A DNA stretch of 64,000 nucleotides from Planctomycetales bacterium (GCA_022615575.1 JAKEGM010000071.1:12164-76163), one strand, 5' to 3'; positions 8,998-19,247 are shown, counted from the first letter of the stretch. Made by a program: numbers and translations. Notes: generated from the letters alone by a model not told the origin.

Positions 8998-9798
8998 ATG
9001 TGGTTCGGTGGCGACTGGCCCGGCTACGAGCGCACCCGCATCCGTGTCTATGTGGACAGCGAAGCCCGGGCCGGCATTGATATGGAACTCGGCATGGGGC
9101 ACGGCGTCGGCTTCGGCGATGGCGGGGCGCCCTGGGGCAGCAAGCGCCTGGGCAAGACCGGCCACCCCAGCGGTTTGTATAACACCTACCGCATTCCCTT
9201 TGGCAAAAGCGTCCGTGTCACCGGACAGATGAGCGACGTGGTGAAAGGTCAGCCGCCTTTCTGGTGGATTATCCGCGGCACGGAAAATCTACCGGTAACC
9301 ATCGGCGGCGTGCAGCTGTCCCCCAACGCCTGGCTCAAATTGCACAAACTGGAAAACTACACCGTTCAACCGCTTGAGGAATTTGCCCTGTGCGATGTCA
9401 AAGGCGACGGCGCGCTTTATCAGGTGACCATCGCCGCCAAGGGCCGGCGCACGGGTACGGAGGAAAAATGGAAAGACATCAGCTATCTGGAGGCCTGTAT
9501 GAGGGCCTATATCGGCGGTTCCGACCAGCCGCTGATGCTGTCGTCCGGCCTGGAGGATTATTTTCTGGGCACCTATTACTTCAACCGCGGACGCTACGCC
9601 AACGAGCTTGCCGGCTTGACACATCTGGACACCGGGGCCAATACCTTTTCCGCCTACCGGTTTCACGATGAAGACCCGATTTTTTTCCAAAACGGCCTCC
9701 GCCTCACCTGTCGCTGCGGCGAGAAGGTTGGCGACCGGGTCATCGGCAATCCGCCCCCAACCGACTACACGACCTATGTTTGGATTTACTCCTGGTAA
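8998..9798 (+). CDS. DUF2961/GH172-like protein (largest intact frame; probably frameshifted from a lipoprotein N-terminus at 8759)
   Basis: C-terminal SAYRFHDEDPIFFQNGLRL resembles the YRWH..DPI.F motif of DUF2961 (GH172). The frame stays open upstream of Met 8998 back to 8833 and encodes ...ELFRYDGSGCLTHMWFGG with no start codon. ORF 8759..8992 in the neighbouring frame supplies a lipoprotein signal (ILVWAAGC). Confidence 0.6.
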   Translation: MWFGGDWPGYERTRIRVYVDSEARAGIDMELGMGHGVGFGDGGAPWGSKRLGKTGHPSGLYNTYRIPFGKSVRVTGQMSDVVKGQPPFWWIIRGTENLPVTIGGVQLSPNAWLKLHKLENYTVQPLEEFALCDVKGDGALYQVTIAAKGRRTGTEEKWKDISYLEACMRAYIGGSDQPLMLSSGLEDYFLGTYYFNRGRYANELAGLTHLDTGANTFSAYRFHDEDPIFFQNGLRLTCRCGEKVGDRVIGNPPPTDYTTYVWIYSW

Positions 9799-9822
9799 CC
9801 GGCTCCTTCCCTTGCCGGTTTT
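9799..9822 (+). terminator. Weak hairpin plus T-run after the DUF2961-like gene
   Basis: ccggc-N10-gccgg followed by tttt, starting directly after stop 9796..9798. Confidence 0.3.
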
Positions 9823-9980
9823 GCCCCAAAAAAGCGAAAAAAACGAGAAATTTACAGACAAACCAGGGGTTATCTGGTACACTGAATGCCCCTGCGCCGC
9901 AGTTGGAATGTCGGGACGTGGGTTATCGATAAACGGCTATCAAGACCAAAACAAGCAGGATTTCAGGGAAGGGATGAACA

Positions 9981-10694
9981 ATGACAAAGCCGACAATTTC
10001 AGCGTATTTACGGGAACATCTGGACGGGATCGTTGCGAAGAAAGAGCCGGGGCCGTATATCACGATTTCGCGTCAATGGGGCTGTGACGGCATCGGCCTG
10101 GGGCAGGTGCTCGTCGAAAAGCTTAACCAGCGGGACCCGCAGCAGCAGTGGAAACTCTACCACAAGGAGCTTCTTTCGCAGCTGGCCAAAGACACGGGCC
10201 TGACCGAAGAGATTCTTGAAAGAGAGCGCACATCGAAACCCAACCTGATAAAGGACTTCCTTCGCGGCTTAACAAAAAACGGCATTCCGGACGGCTTCGA
10301 GGTGCGAAACAAAATCACGATAATGGTCCGCACCATCGCCTTTGAAGGACATGCGGTGATTATCGGGCAGGGCGGGGCGGCCGCAACCGGCGACCTTGCC
10401 AATGGATTGAGCATTCGAGTGGAAGCCCCCCGGGAGTGGCGGATTGCCCGGATATGCCTTCGGGAAAATCTGGACAAACAGGCCGCCGCAACCAAAATCG
10501 GCGAAATCGAAAAAGAACGGGAATACCTGCGGAAATTGTATGAACGGCAGAATCCGAGAGAGCCGGTCTTCAATGTCGTTTTTGATAACGCGATGTTCAC
10601 AAACGAACAGATTGCCGGCCTCGTAATTCTTGCAATGGAAGATAAGAAGTTGATTGAGAAGCCCGAATCGGCGGACCGCCAGAACATAAGATAG
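9981..10694 (+). CDS. Cytidylate kinase-like family protein (P-loop-like, Cytidylate_kin2 type)
   Basis: ITISRQWGCDGIGLGQVLVEKLN matches the ITISREYGSGG-type N-terminus of cytidylate-kinase-like family proteins. GGAAGGG SD upstream. Confidence 0.7.
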   Translation: MTKPTISAYLREHLDGIVAKKEPGPYITISRQWGCDGIGLGQVLVEKLNQRDPQQQWKLYHKELLSQLAKDTGLTEEILERERTSKPNLIKDFLRGLTKNGIPDGFEVRNKITIMVRTIAFEGHAVIIGQGGAAATGDLANGLSIRVEAPREWRIARICLRENLDKQAAATKIGEIEKEREYLRKLYERQNPREPVFNVVFDNAMFTNEQIAGLVILAMEDKKLIEKPESADRQNIR

Positions 10695-10838
10695 CGTTTT
10701 TTTAACAATCGAAGGAAATATTTATCTGGAAAAAACTGTTCTTTTTTGGTATATGCGATTTCGGAAACAAAAACTCCAGTTTGCCTGAATAGAGCGGCGT
10801 AACAAGGATTTCAAGGTACCTAAGCGGCGAATTTTACG

Positions 10839-11150
10839 ATGGAATTGATTAAACAAATCAAAGACGCGGAAAAACAGGCCAAAGATATCGTGGATAAAGC
10901 ACGGCAGGACGCCGCTTTGCTTGTTGAAGAGAGCAAAAAACAGCGCACCAACATCCTCCGCGAGGCGCAGCGTCGCCGATTGGAGGCCATTGAAAAAGCC
11001 GTTGCGGATGCCCAGGCCGCAGGGAAAACACAGGTTGAAGAACTCAACAGGCAGGGCGGTCAGGATATTTTGGCCCTGAAAGCGGCTTGCTCATCGAAAA
11101 TTCAGCCATGCATCGATACAATTGTGTCGCGTTTGCAGCAAACGTCGTAA
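10839..11150 (+). CDS. V/A-type ATPase peripheral-stalk subunit (G/H-like)
   Basis: 103 aa, all-helical, highly charged (MELIKQIKDAEKQAKDIVDKARQDAALLVEESKK...). First gene of the V-ATPase operon. Assignment rests mostly on position and composition. Confidence 0.55.
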   Translation: MELIKQIKDAEKQAKDIVDKARQDAALLVEESKKQRTNILREAQRRRLEAIEKAVADAQAAGKTQVEELNRQGGQDILALKAACSSKIQPCIDTIVSRLQQTS

Positions 11151-11263
11151 AATTCGGGTATTTGCCGAAAGCACAGGAGTTTCCCGAAGGAAGAATCCCA
11201 GGCGCTGGGGTTGTGTCCGCATGCGGGATGAAGAAGGTTAACCGTAACATATTAGGGGTATAA

Positions 11264-13237
11264 ATGGCTATTGCCTCCATGCAAAAGGCGATGATTGTGG
11301 CGCATCGCAGCCAGGCGGTCGAGTTGCTGGCTCGGCTGCAGGATGCCGGCATTGTGCAGGTATTGGATGCCGAACGGGCCATGGTCTCCAAGGAATGGCC
11401 CGAATTAGTCGTCGAGGCAAAGCGTCCGCGCGACCTGGAAGACACCATTGACCGGCTGGGCAGGGCCATTGATTTTCTAAAGCCCTATGCGGGCAGGGAA
11501 CAGACCTCTCTGTTTGCCCCGCGCATCGAGGTGGGCGCAGCGGACTACGGCCAAATCACTTCCCAGCGGGATTCCCTGACGGTTATGGAGCAGGCCGAAC
11601 AGGTCCGCAGCGGGCTGGAAAAACTTGCATCGGAAGCACAGGGTCTGCAGTCGCAGATTGATAAGCTTTTGCCGTGGAAGGACTTATCGACTCCGGTTGA
11701 AGGTCTGGGCGGATTTTCGACCTCGACCGTTTTTGTCGGCTTGATTCCCGAACAGCATGTTGGAGACGCCATGGCAAAGCTGGCCGAATTCGGAGCCGCG
11801 GCCCAACAGGCGGGCTTGGCCAATCGGATGGCGGCTTGTGTCGTGGTTTGCCTCAATGAATCGGCCCCGGATACCCACAAACTTCTGCGTTCGTTCGATT
11901 TTGAAACGGCCTCTTTTGAAGGGCTGAGCGGCACCGTCAAGTCCAATATCGCGAGGATTCATACCCGTTTGCGGGCCATCAAAAACGAGCAGGCGAATCT
12001 GGAAAAACAGGCCACTCATCTGGCCAAAGACCGGCTCAAACTGCAAGTCCTGTTTGACCATTCGCAGAACCTGCACGGCCGAATCGCTGCGCAGTCATCG
12101 GCTCCCGCCACCGACCACGCGATTTTTCTGGAGGGGTGGGTCAAAAAGAAGGATTACCCGGCACTGGAAAAGCTGGTTGCGAAATTTAACGCCTGTGATG
12201 TTGCCCCGATTGAACCGGGGATGGACGAAGAACCGCCGGTCGAGATTGATAACCCGACGTATGTGCGGCCGTTCGAAACAGTAACCCGGCTTTATGGAAT
12301 GCCGATACCCTCATCGATTGATCCGACGGTTTTTCTGGCGCCGTTTTTCGCCATTTTCTTCGGATTGTGTATGGCGGACGTGGGATACGGGCTGATTCTC
12401 GTAGCGATTTTGGCCTGGGTGTTGAAAAAAGCGAAGGGCGACAAGCGGATATTCTGGATGCTGCTGGTTTGCGGGATTATGACCGTTTTAGCTGGAGCGA
12501 TTACCGGAAGCTGGTTTAGCAACTCAGTTACCGCGCTGCTGCCGGAAGGGTCCGGTTTGCGGATGGGGCTGGACTGGATACGCGTCAAAATGATGCTTTT
12601 TGACCCGATGACCGAACCGATGACGTTTTTCCTTCTGTCGCTGGGGCTGGGGTATTTCCAGATTCAATGCGGACTGCTGATAGCGTTTTTCGCCAATCTG
12701 GCCAAAAAGGATTTGGCCGCGGCGTTGTGCGACCAATTGACTTGGATTGTCCATTTGAACTGCCTTCTGTGTATGGGGCTTGCTGTCGGCGGTGTTTTGC
12801 CTGCTGGACTGGCCAAGCCCTGCGGAATTGTCGCCGGCATCACCTCGCTGACGATCCTGCTGTTCACCGCGCGCAGCGGCAGCTGGGGCGGACGGCTGGG
12901 GCTGGGGTTCTATCAGCTGTTCAGCACCGTCTTTTATATGGGCGATGTGCTGAGCTATTCGCGTCTGATGGCGCTGGGGATGGTCGGTTCCGGGTTTGGC
13001 ATGGCCATCAATGAGCTGGCCAAGCTATTCGCGGAAGCGCCATATGTCGGCTGGCTGCTGGGGGCCGTGGTGTTCGTCGGAGGACATTTGTTTAATGTGG
13101 CGCTGTCGGTATTGGGTGCTTTTGTGCATACGATGCGGCTTCAGTTTGTGGAATTTTTCCCGAAGTTCTTTACCGGCGGCGGGCAGGATTTCCGGCCGCT
13201 GCGGAATAATTACCGCTACATTGATTTGAAACAATAA
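11264..13237 (+). CDS. atpI: V/A-type ATPase subunit I (a-subunit)
   Basis: 657 aa. Soluble N-terminal half plus a multi-TM C-terminal half. GDVLSYSRLMALGM carries the essential-Arg helix (compare SYLRLWALSLAH of V-ATPase a subunits). Confidence 0.9.
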   Translation: MAIASMQKAMIVAHRSQAVELLARLQDAGIVQVLDAERAMVSKEWPELVVEAKRPRDLEDTIDRLGRAIDFLKPYAGREQTSLFAPRIEVGAADYGQITSQRDSLTVMEQAEQVRSGLEKLASEAQGLQSQIDKLLPWKDLSTPVEGLGGFSTSTVFVGLIPEQHVGDAMAKLAEFGAAAQQAGLANRMAACVVVCLNESAPDTHKLLRSFDFETASFEGLSGTVKSNIARIHTRLRAIKNEQANLEKQATHLAKDRLKLQVLFDHSQNLHGRIAAQSSAPATDHAIFLEGWVKKKDYPALEKLVAKFNACDVAPIEPGMDEEPPVEIDNPTYVRPFETVTRLYGMPIPSSIDPTVFLAPFFAIFFGLCMADVGYGLILVAILAWVLKKAKGDKRIFWMLLVCGIMTVLAGAITGSWFSNSVTALLPEGSGLRMGLDWIRVKMMLFDPMTEPMTFFLLSLGLGYFQIQCGLLIAFFANLAKKDLAAALCDQLTWIVHLNCLLCMGLAVGGVLPAGLAKPCGIVAGITSLTILLFTARSGSWGGRLGLGFYQLFSTVFYMGDVLSYSRLMALGMVGSGFGMAINELAKLFAEAPYVGWLLGAVVFVGGHLFNVALSVLGAFVHTMRLQFVEFFPKFFTGGGQDFRPLRNNYRYIDLKQ

Positions 13238-13311
13238 CCCCGGCGCGGAGGGGTTGGAACAAAGAATAACGAAGACAGAGTGTTGACGATAGAAATGAAA
13301 GGATTGGGATT

Positions 13312-13800
13312 ATGTTGGAACAGACGGGTTTGATATTTTCGTTGGTAGGTGCCGGGCTGGCGGTTTTTCTGGCGGGCATCGGCTCGGCGATTGGTCTGGG
13401 GATTGCCAGTAAAAGCGCAACGGCGGTCCTGAGCGAAAAACCGGAGCGCTACGGCATCCTGATGCTGATGGTGGTGCTTCCCAGCACGCAGGGCATCTAC
13501 GGGTTCGTCGTGGGCCTGTTTGTAATGATCAAGCTGAACATTTTCGGCGGAAGCGTAGCGGCGGTTACCTGGTATCAGGGCCTGCAAATCCTGGCGGCGT
13601 GCCTGCCGGTGGCGATTGCCGGCTGGATCAGCGCCATTCATCAGGGCAAGACCGGTGCGGCCGGCATCATGATGGCCGCCAAGCGGCCCGAGCTGGCTTT
13701 CAAGGCCGGCGTGGTTTTCGCGGCGATGATTGAACTGTATGCGATTCTGGGCTTTTTGATTTCGCTGCTGGTGCTGATGCTGGGTATCAAGGTCAGCTAA
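13312..13800 (+). CDS. atpK: V/A-type ATPase proteolipid subunit K (duplicated, 4 TM)
   Basis: 162 aa, four hydrophobic helices. VVLPSTQGIYGF, SAIHQGKTGAAGI and AMIELYAILGF align with Enterococcus hirae NtpK ion-site segments. Confidence 0.9.
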   Translation: MLEQTGLIFSLVGAGLAVFLAGIGSAIGLGIASKSATAVLSEKPERYGILMLMVVLPSTQGIYGFVVGLFVMIKLNIFGGSVAAVTWYQGLQILAACLPVAIAGWISAIHQGKTGAAGIMMAAKRPELAFKAGVVFAAMIELYAILGFLISLLVLMLGIKVS

Positions 13801-13839
13801 ATTAACCATTACGAATTAAAAATTAAAGAATCAAGAATT

Positions 13840-14424
13840 ATGAATGCCGAACAGGTCGTAGAAAAGATACTTTCGCAGGCCAAAGCCGAGGCCGAGGCGA
13901 TTCTGCGCGAAGCCCGGCACACAGCCGCCTCGCAGAAAGCCCGGCTCGAAAGCGAGCTGGCGGAGTTTGATAAAAAAACGGATGACTTGGCCAGGGCGGC
14001 CGCCGCCGATAAATTACAGCGGATGCTGGCGGCGGCGCGGATGGACAACGCTCGGCGCCTGCTGGCCTGCCGGGTGGCGATTCTCGACGAGGTCTTCGAC
14101 AGGGCGAAAAAAGCGGTCAATGGGCTGTCGGATGAGGCCTACCAGGCGCTGATGGCGTCGATGATGAAAAAAGCCGTCGAAACCGGTGATGAGGAAGTCA
14201 TCATCGGAAAAGGCGAAAAACGCATCAATGACGCGCTTCTAAAAAGAATCAACAGCGACTCCGGCGGCGCAAAAGGCAATCTGCGTCTCAGCGATAAGCA
14301 GGCGGATATCACCGGGGGATTTATCCTGTCCTGCGGTCGGGTGCAAAAGAACGCTTCGACGGATGTTATGATTGACCGTCTTCGCGAGTCAATGCAGATT
14401 GAACTGGCCAACGAATTATTTTAA
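13840..14424 (+). CDS. atpE: V/A-type ATPase subunit E
   Basis: 194 aa. Long charged N-terminal helix (EKILSQAKAEAEAILREARHTAASQKARLESELAEF) plus a globular C-terminus. Position after K. Confidence 0.8.
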   Translation: MNAEQVVEKILSQAKAEAEAILREARHTAASQKARLESELAEFDKKTDDLARAAAADKLQRMLAAARMDNARRLLACRVAILDEVFDRAKKAVNGLSDEAYQALMASMMKKAVETGDEEVIIGKGEKRINDALLKRINSDSGGAKGNLRLSDKQADITGGFILSCGRVQKNASTDVMIDRLRESMQIELANELF

Positions 14425-14429
14425 TGGAA

Positions 14430-14500
14430 CCACGGATTTCACAGATTAACGCGGCTTTTTCTCTTTTATTTTAATCCGCGAAAATCCGCGTAATCCGTGG
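14430..14500 (+). repeat. Intercistronic imperfect hairpin (arms built from short tandem words), atpE-atpC junction
   Basis: Left arm ccacggatttcacagattaacgcgg (14430..14454) and right arm ccgcgaaaatccgcgtaatccgtgg (14476..14500). By hand, 20 of 25 positions pair. The 21-nt loop is T-rich. Confidence 0.75.
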
Positions 14501-14519
14501 TGAATCATAAGGAACAAAA

Positions 14520-15563
14520 TTGATAACTGAATCGCAAAGCGAGGTTGGCTTTTACCGGTATCCGCCGATTGGCGAGGATGACTGGCGCTACGGCTATGAA
14601 ACGGCCAAGGTGTGGGCGATGGAACTGGCGATGATTCCGCGCAGCACGTTTGTAGATATGGCCAACGCGGCCTCGTTCGCCGAAGCCGTTGAACTGCTGG
14701 CGGGCACCGAATACGCCCTTGAGGGCAGGGCCGATGCGGCTCAGATCGAACAGCTGCTCCGGCAGCGGCGGACGGAAGTCCGGCAGCTGTTTGTGGAGCT
14801 GATGCTGGATAAGGAAGTCGTCAACTTTATGCGGGCGCGGGAAGATTTTTCGAACATGCGTCTGGCGATTCGGCGCATGGTGACCGGCAAGCCGCTGGGG
14901 CTGGATTACAGCAATGAAGGCAATGTGCCCGCCGAGGAGTTCGAGGAGATTTTCGAGCAGGAAAACTACGAGCGGTTTCCCGTTTATCTGCAGGGAGCGG
15001 TCGAAGCGGCGGTGTTGGGGTACTATGAGCATAAGGACGTCCGGCGGATTGACTACGAAATCGACCGGATGGAGGGCGCCTGGCGGCTGAGCGAGGCGGC
15101 GCGGCTGAATTCGCCGTTTATGCTGTCCCTGGTTCGGCTCCGCATCGATCTGGCCAATATCCGCACGATGCTGCGTCTGAAGATGGCCGGACGGGAGGAA
15201 GAAACCCGTTTCTTCCTGCCCGGCGGTTTTGCGGATGTCGATAAATTTGTTCAGGGCCTGGAAACCGGATACGAAGCCGTCGGCCAGATGTTCTATGCGA
15301 CGCCGTATTATGAACTGCTCGAGGCGTCGATTCCCTATCTTCGCAGCGAACAGTCCTTTCTGAAGCTGGAAAAGGAATGCGAAGATTTTGTAAAGGGATT
15401 TTTGAAGACAACGCGGACGATTGCCGCCGGCCCGCAGCCGGTGGTTGCGTACTTTCTGATGAGGGAAGCCGAGATTCGCGCGGTCCGAATGGTTTTGACG
15501 GCCAAGAAAAACAATCTTTCGACGAAGCTGATTCTGGATCGGCTCGGCGAATGGATGCCGTAA
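14520..15563 (+). CDS. atpC: V/A-type ATPase subunit C (d-subunit)
   Basis: 347 aa, TTG start as in the ORF track, helical. Position between E and F. ...LRIDLANIRTMLRLKM... is typical of the C/d family. Confidence 0.8.
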   Translation: MITESQSEVGFYRYPPIGEDDWRYGYETAKVWAMELAMIPRSTFVDMANAASFAEAVELLAGTEYALEGRADAAQIEQLLRQRRTEVRQLFVELMLDKEVVNFMRAREDFSNMRLAIRRMVTGKPLGLDYSNEGNVPAEEFEEIFEQENYERFPVYLQGAVEAAVLGYYEHKDVRRIDYEIDRMEGAWRLSEAARLNSPFMLSLVRLRIDLANIRTMLRLKMAGREEETRFFLPGGFADVDKFVQGLETGYEAVGQMFYATPYYELLEASIPYLRSEQSFLKLEKECEDFVKGFLKTTRTIAAGPQPVVAYFLMREAEIRAVRMVLTAKKNNLSTKLILDRLGEWMP

Positions 15564-15570
15564 TTATTTA

Positions 15571-15646
15571 GACACAGATTAACACTGATTAGCACAGATT
15601 TTCAGTTACTTTATTATAATCAGCGAAAAGCTGTGGGATCTGTGTC
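15571..15646 (+). repeat. Intercistronic imperfect hairpin (tandem-word arms), atpC-atpF junction
   Basis: gacacagat (15571..15579) pairs with atctgtgtc (15638..15646). Inner ctgatt/aatcag also pairs. The left arm is cacagatta-acactgatta-gcacagatt. It shares the 11-mer cacagattaac with the 14430 hairpin. Confidence 0.7.
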
Positions 15647-15672
15647 AAAAAGTAAAATAAGAAAGGAAACAA

Positions 15673-15993
15673 GTGGAAGGCAAAGCGGCGGTTTTAGGCA
15701 GTGCGGATTTTGTGATGCCGTTTGCGGCGATGGGCCTGGATACGTTTCCGGCGGAAGCGGTTGCGGCCCAGGTCGAAGCCCAGGCCACCCTGATTCTAAA
15801 ACAGAAATACGCGCTGGTGGTTGTGGCCGAAAATATCGCCCGTTTGGCGCAGCCGGTTTTTGAGGCGACGCAGAAAACCGCAACGCCCTGCGTGGTCGTG
15901 GTTCCGTTTGCGACGGCCCCTGAGGGAATCGCCACCGAATCGCTGGGCCGGATGCTGAAAATGGCCACGGGAATCAATATTCTTAAAAACTAA
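15673..15993 (+). CDS. atpF: V/A-type ATPase subunit F
   Basis: 106 aa, GTG start. AVLGSADFVMPFAAMGLD...ALVVVAENIA pattern of V-type F subunits. Confidence 0.8.
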   Translation: MEGKAAVLGSADFVMPFAAMGLDTFPAEAVAAQVEAQATLILKQKYALVVVAENIARLAQPVFEATQKTATPCVVVVPFATAPEGIATESLGRMLKMATGINILKN

Positions 15994-16027
15994 ACAGGCA
16001 GAGTGTATCATTCACAAAGGTTTTACG

Positions 16028-17806
16028 ATGACGGATGTACAAAACGGCAGGATTATCAAGGTGGCGGGGCCGGTGGTGGTCGCCGAAAATATGATCGGCG
16101 CCCGCATGTATGATGTGGTTCGCGTGAGCCGAGAGAATCTCATCGGCGAGATCGTGGAACTGCGCGGCGACCGTGCCAGCATTCAGGTCTATGAAGACAC
16201 CATCGGCATCGGTCCGGGCGAGGCCGTGGTGAATACCGCAGCGCCGCTGAGCGTTGAACTGGGACCGGGGCTGATTTCCAGTATTTATGACGGCATTCAG
16301 CGTCCGCTGGATCAGCTTGTTGCCGCCCAGGGCAGCTTTATCCGGCGCGGCAGCGCCATCCCCGGCCTGAAGCGCGGCATCACGTGGCATTTTACGCCTG
16401 CGGTTGAAAACGGTCGGGAAGTCGTCGCCGGCGATATCATCGGCCAGGTGCAGGAATCCACGCTGGTCAATCACAAGATTATGGTTCCGCCGGGGCTTGC
16501 CGGCAGGATTGACGGCCTGAGGGAAGGCGACTATACCGTTGAGGATGCCGTCGCAACGGTGACGAATTCCGCCGGCGGCAAAACGCCGGTCAAACTGATG
16601 CAGAAATGGCCCGTCCGCCAGCCGCGCCCCAGCCGTCAGCGGCTCAATCCCAACCAGGTACTGGTCACCGGCCAGCGCGTGGTGGATGCGTTTTTTCCGA
16701 TTGCCCGCGGCGGCACCGCCTGCGTGCCGGGACCGTTCGGCACCGGCAAGACGGTGGTTCAGCACCAGTTGGCCAAATGGGTGGATGCCGATGTGATTGT
16801 GTATGTCGGCTGCGGCGAACGCGGCAATGAAATGACCGATGTATTGCGGGAGTTCCCGGAACTGACCGACCCGCACAGCGGCGAGCCGCTGATGAAGCGC
16901 GTCGTGCTCATCGCCAATACCTCCGATATGCCGGTAGCCGCCCGTGAAGCGTCGGTTTATACGGGCATTACCATTGCCGAATACTACCGCGACATGGGCT
17001 ATTCGGTCGCCCTGATGGCCGACAGCACCAGCCGATGGGCCGAGGCGATGCGTGAAATCTCGACGCGGCTGGAGGAAATGCCCGCCGAAGAGGGGTATCC
17101 GGCGTATTTGGGCGCTCGTATCGCATCCTTTTATGAACGGGCCGGCCGCGTGGTGTGCGCCGGTTCGCCCGAACGCCAGGGGGCGCTTTCGGTAATTGGC
17201 GCCGTCAGCCCGCCCGGCGGAGACCTGTCGGATACGGTCGTGCAGGCAACCCTGCATGTCGTCAAGGTGTTCTGGTCCCTGCAGGGGCGCCTGGCCCAGC
17301 AGCGGCACTTCCCGGCCATCGACTGGCTGACCAGCTACTCCTTTTACAAGCAGTACCTGCCCGATTCCTTCGAGGACAAGCAGATGGGCAAGGAATTTGC
17401 CGAGATGATGCAGCAGGCCATGACGCTCCTGGAACAGGAGTCCCAGCTGGTCGAGATCGTGCGTCTGGTCGGGGCCGAGTCCATCAGCGCCCAGGATCGG
17501 ATGACGCTGGAAACCGCCAAGAGCATTCGCGAGGACTTCCTGCACCAGAATGCGTTTCACAAGGTTGATACGTTTACGCCGATTGAAAAGCAGCATGAGA
17601 TGATCAGGCTGATTCTGCATTTCCACCAGGCCGGTCTGGCGGCGATAGAAAACGGCGTGGATACCGGCCAGCTGTTTAAGCTGCCGGTGCGTGAGGACAT
17701 CGCCCGCGCCAAATACCTTGAAAACGACAAAATTGAACAGGTTGCCGCGATCAGGAACATCGTGGATGAACAAGTCAGGGGGCTGTACGCCGCGGCAGCG
17801 GAATAA
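16028..17806 (+). CDS. atpA: V/A-type ATPase catalytic subunit A
   Basis: 592 aa. Walker A GPFGTGKTV. ...ALMADSTSRWAEAMREIS...EGYPAYL... Confidence 0.97.
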   Translation: MTDVQNGRIIKVAGPVVVAENMIGARMYDVVRVSRENLIGEIVELRGDRASIQVYEDTIGIGPGEAVVNTAAPLSVELGPGLISSIYDGIQRPLDQLVAAQGSFIRRGSAIPGLKRGITWHFTPAVENGREVVAGDIIGQVQESTLVNHKIMVPPGLAGRIDGLREGDYTVEDAVATVTNSAGGKTPVKLMQKWPVRQPRPSRQRLNPNQVLVTGQRVVDAFFPIARGGTACVPGPFGTGKTVVQHQLAKWVDADVIVYVGCGERGNEMTDVLREFPELTDPHSGEPLMKRVVLIANTSDMPVAAREASVYTGITIAEYYRDMGYSVALMADSTSRWAEAMREISTRLEEMPAEEGYPAYLGARIASFYERAGRVVCAGSPERQGALSVIGAVSPPGGDLSDTVVQATLHVVKVFWSLQGRLAQQRHFPAIDWLTSYSFYKQYLPDSFEDKQMGKEFAEMMQQAMTLLEQESQLVEIVRLVGAESISAQDRMTLETAKSIREDFLHQNAFHKVDTFTPIEKQHEMIRLILHFHQAGLAAIENGVDTGQLFKLPVREDIARAKYLENDKIEQVAAIRNIVDEQVRGLYAAAAE

Positions 17807-17860
17807 GGCGGTCTTTGCCTTTTGACGGTTTGTATAAAATTGTATGAACGGGAGTTTGAA

Positions 17861-19243
17861 ATGCTGAAAGAATATAAAACGGTTTCCCAGATTTCGGGGC
17901 CGCTGATGATGGTCGAGGGGGTGGACAACGCCAAATACGGGCACATCGTGGATATTGAGCTGGCTGACGGCTCTCTGCGTCACGGCCAGATTCTCCAGGT
18001 CGAGGGCGACAAGGTGCTGGTGCAGGTCTTTGAAGGGACTGAGGGCATCAATATCAGCGGCACGACGGTTCGCTTTCTGGGCAAGCCGATGGAATTGGCT
18101 GTTTCGCCGGACATTCTCGGCCGCGTCTTCAGCGGGACCGGCGTCCCCAAAGACGGCGGGCCGCGCATCCTTCCCAAGATGAAGCTGGACATCAACGGCA
18201 GTCCCATCAATCCCTACGCCCGGGACTATCCGAACGAATTTATTCAGACAGGCATCAGCACCATCGACGGGCTTAACCCCCTCGTGCGCGGTCAGAAGCT
18301 GCCGATTTTCTCCGGTTCAGGTCTGCCGCACGACGAGATTACCGCCCAGTTGGCCCGCCAGGCCACAGTGCGCGGCAAAGGCGAAGCGTTTGCCGTGGTG
18401 TTTGCCGCGATGGGCATTACCTTTGAGGCGGCCCAGTTCTTCATCAACGACCTGACCAACACCGGTGCCATTGAGCGTTCGGTGCTGTTTATCAATCTGG
18501 CCAACGACCCGGCCATTGAGCGCATCGCCGCGCCGCGCGTGGCGCTGACCGCCGCCGGATACCTGGCGTTCGAGGAAGACATGCACGTGCTGGTTATCCT
18601 CAACGATATGACCAACTACTGCGAGGCGCTGCGTGAAATCTCCGCCGCCCGCAAGGAAGTGCCCGGCCGCCGCGGGTTTCCGGGATACCTCTACACCGAC
18701 CTGGCGACGATTTATGAACGGGCCGGCCGCATCAAAGGCAAGAAGGGATCGATTACGATGGTGCCGGTGCTGACCATGCCCGAAGACGACAAGACCCACC
18801 CGGTGCCCGACCTGACCGGCTATATCACCGAAGGCCAGATTATCATGAGCCGTTCGCTGCATCGCAAGGCGGTTTCGCCGCCGGTGGATGTGCTGCCGAG
18901 TCTGTCGCGTCTTAAAGACAAGGGCATCGGCCCTGACAAAACGCGAGAAGACCATGCGTCCCTCTACAACCAGTTGTATGCCGGTTACGCCCGCGGCAAA
19001 GAGGCCCAGGAACTGGCGACAATCCTGGGCGAAGCGGCCCTGTCGGCCGAGGACCAGAAGTACATGAAGTTTGCCAATGCGTTCGAAGCCCGCTATATCT
19101 CGCAGGGCTATTACGAAAACCGCGATGTGATGCAGACGCTCGACCTGGGCTGGGAGCTGTTGAGTATGTTCGACGATGTTGAATTGAAACGCATCGACAA
19201 GAAACTGATCGAAAAATATATGCCCCAATTCCGTAAAAAATAA
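17861..19243 (+). CDS. atpB: V/A-type ATPase subunit B
   Basis: ORF 17822..19243, trimmed to ATG 17861 after [25 protein letters not shown]..., ...[20 protein letters not shown]... Confidence 0.95.
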   Translation: MLKEYKTVSQISGPLMMVEGVDNAKYGHIVDIELADGSLRHGQILQVEGDKVLVQVFEGTEGINISGTTVRFLGKPMELAVSPDILGRVFSGTGVPKDGGPRILPKMKLDINGSPINPYARDYPNEFIQTGISTIDGLNPLVRGQKLPIFSGSGLPHDEITAQLARQATVRGKGEAFAVVFAAMGITFEAAQFFINDLTNTGAIERSVLFINLANDPAIERIAAPRVALTAAGYLAFEEDMHVLVILNDMTNYCEALREISAARKEVPGRRGFPGYLYTDLATIYERAGRIKGKKGSITMVPVLTMPEDDKTHPVPDLTGYITEGQIIMSRSLHRKAVSPPVDVLPSLSRLKDKGIGPDKTREDHASLYNQLYAGYARGKEAQELATILGEAALSAEDQKYMKFANAFEARYISQGYYENRDVMQTLDLGWELLSMFDDVELKRIDKKLIEKYMPQFRKK

Positions 19244-19247
19244 TTAA

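Noticed and set aside
15983-17983. 666-aa minus-strand ORF
   Set aside because: It is entirely antisense to atpA/atpB, which carry Walker motifs. It has no motifs of its own and biased R/G/H/A composition.
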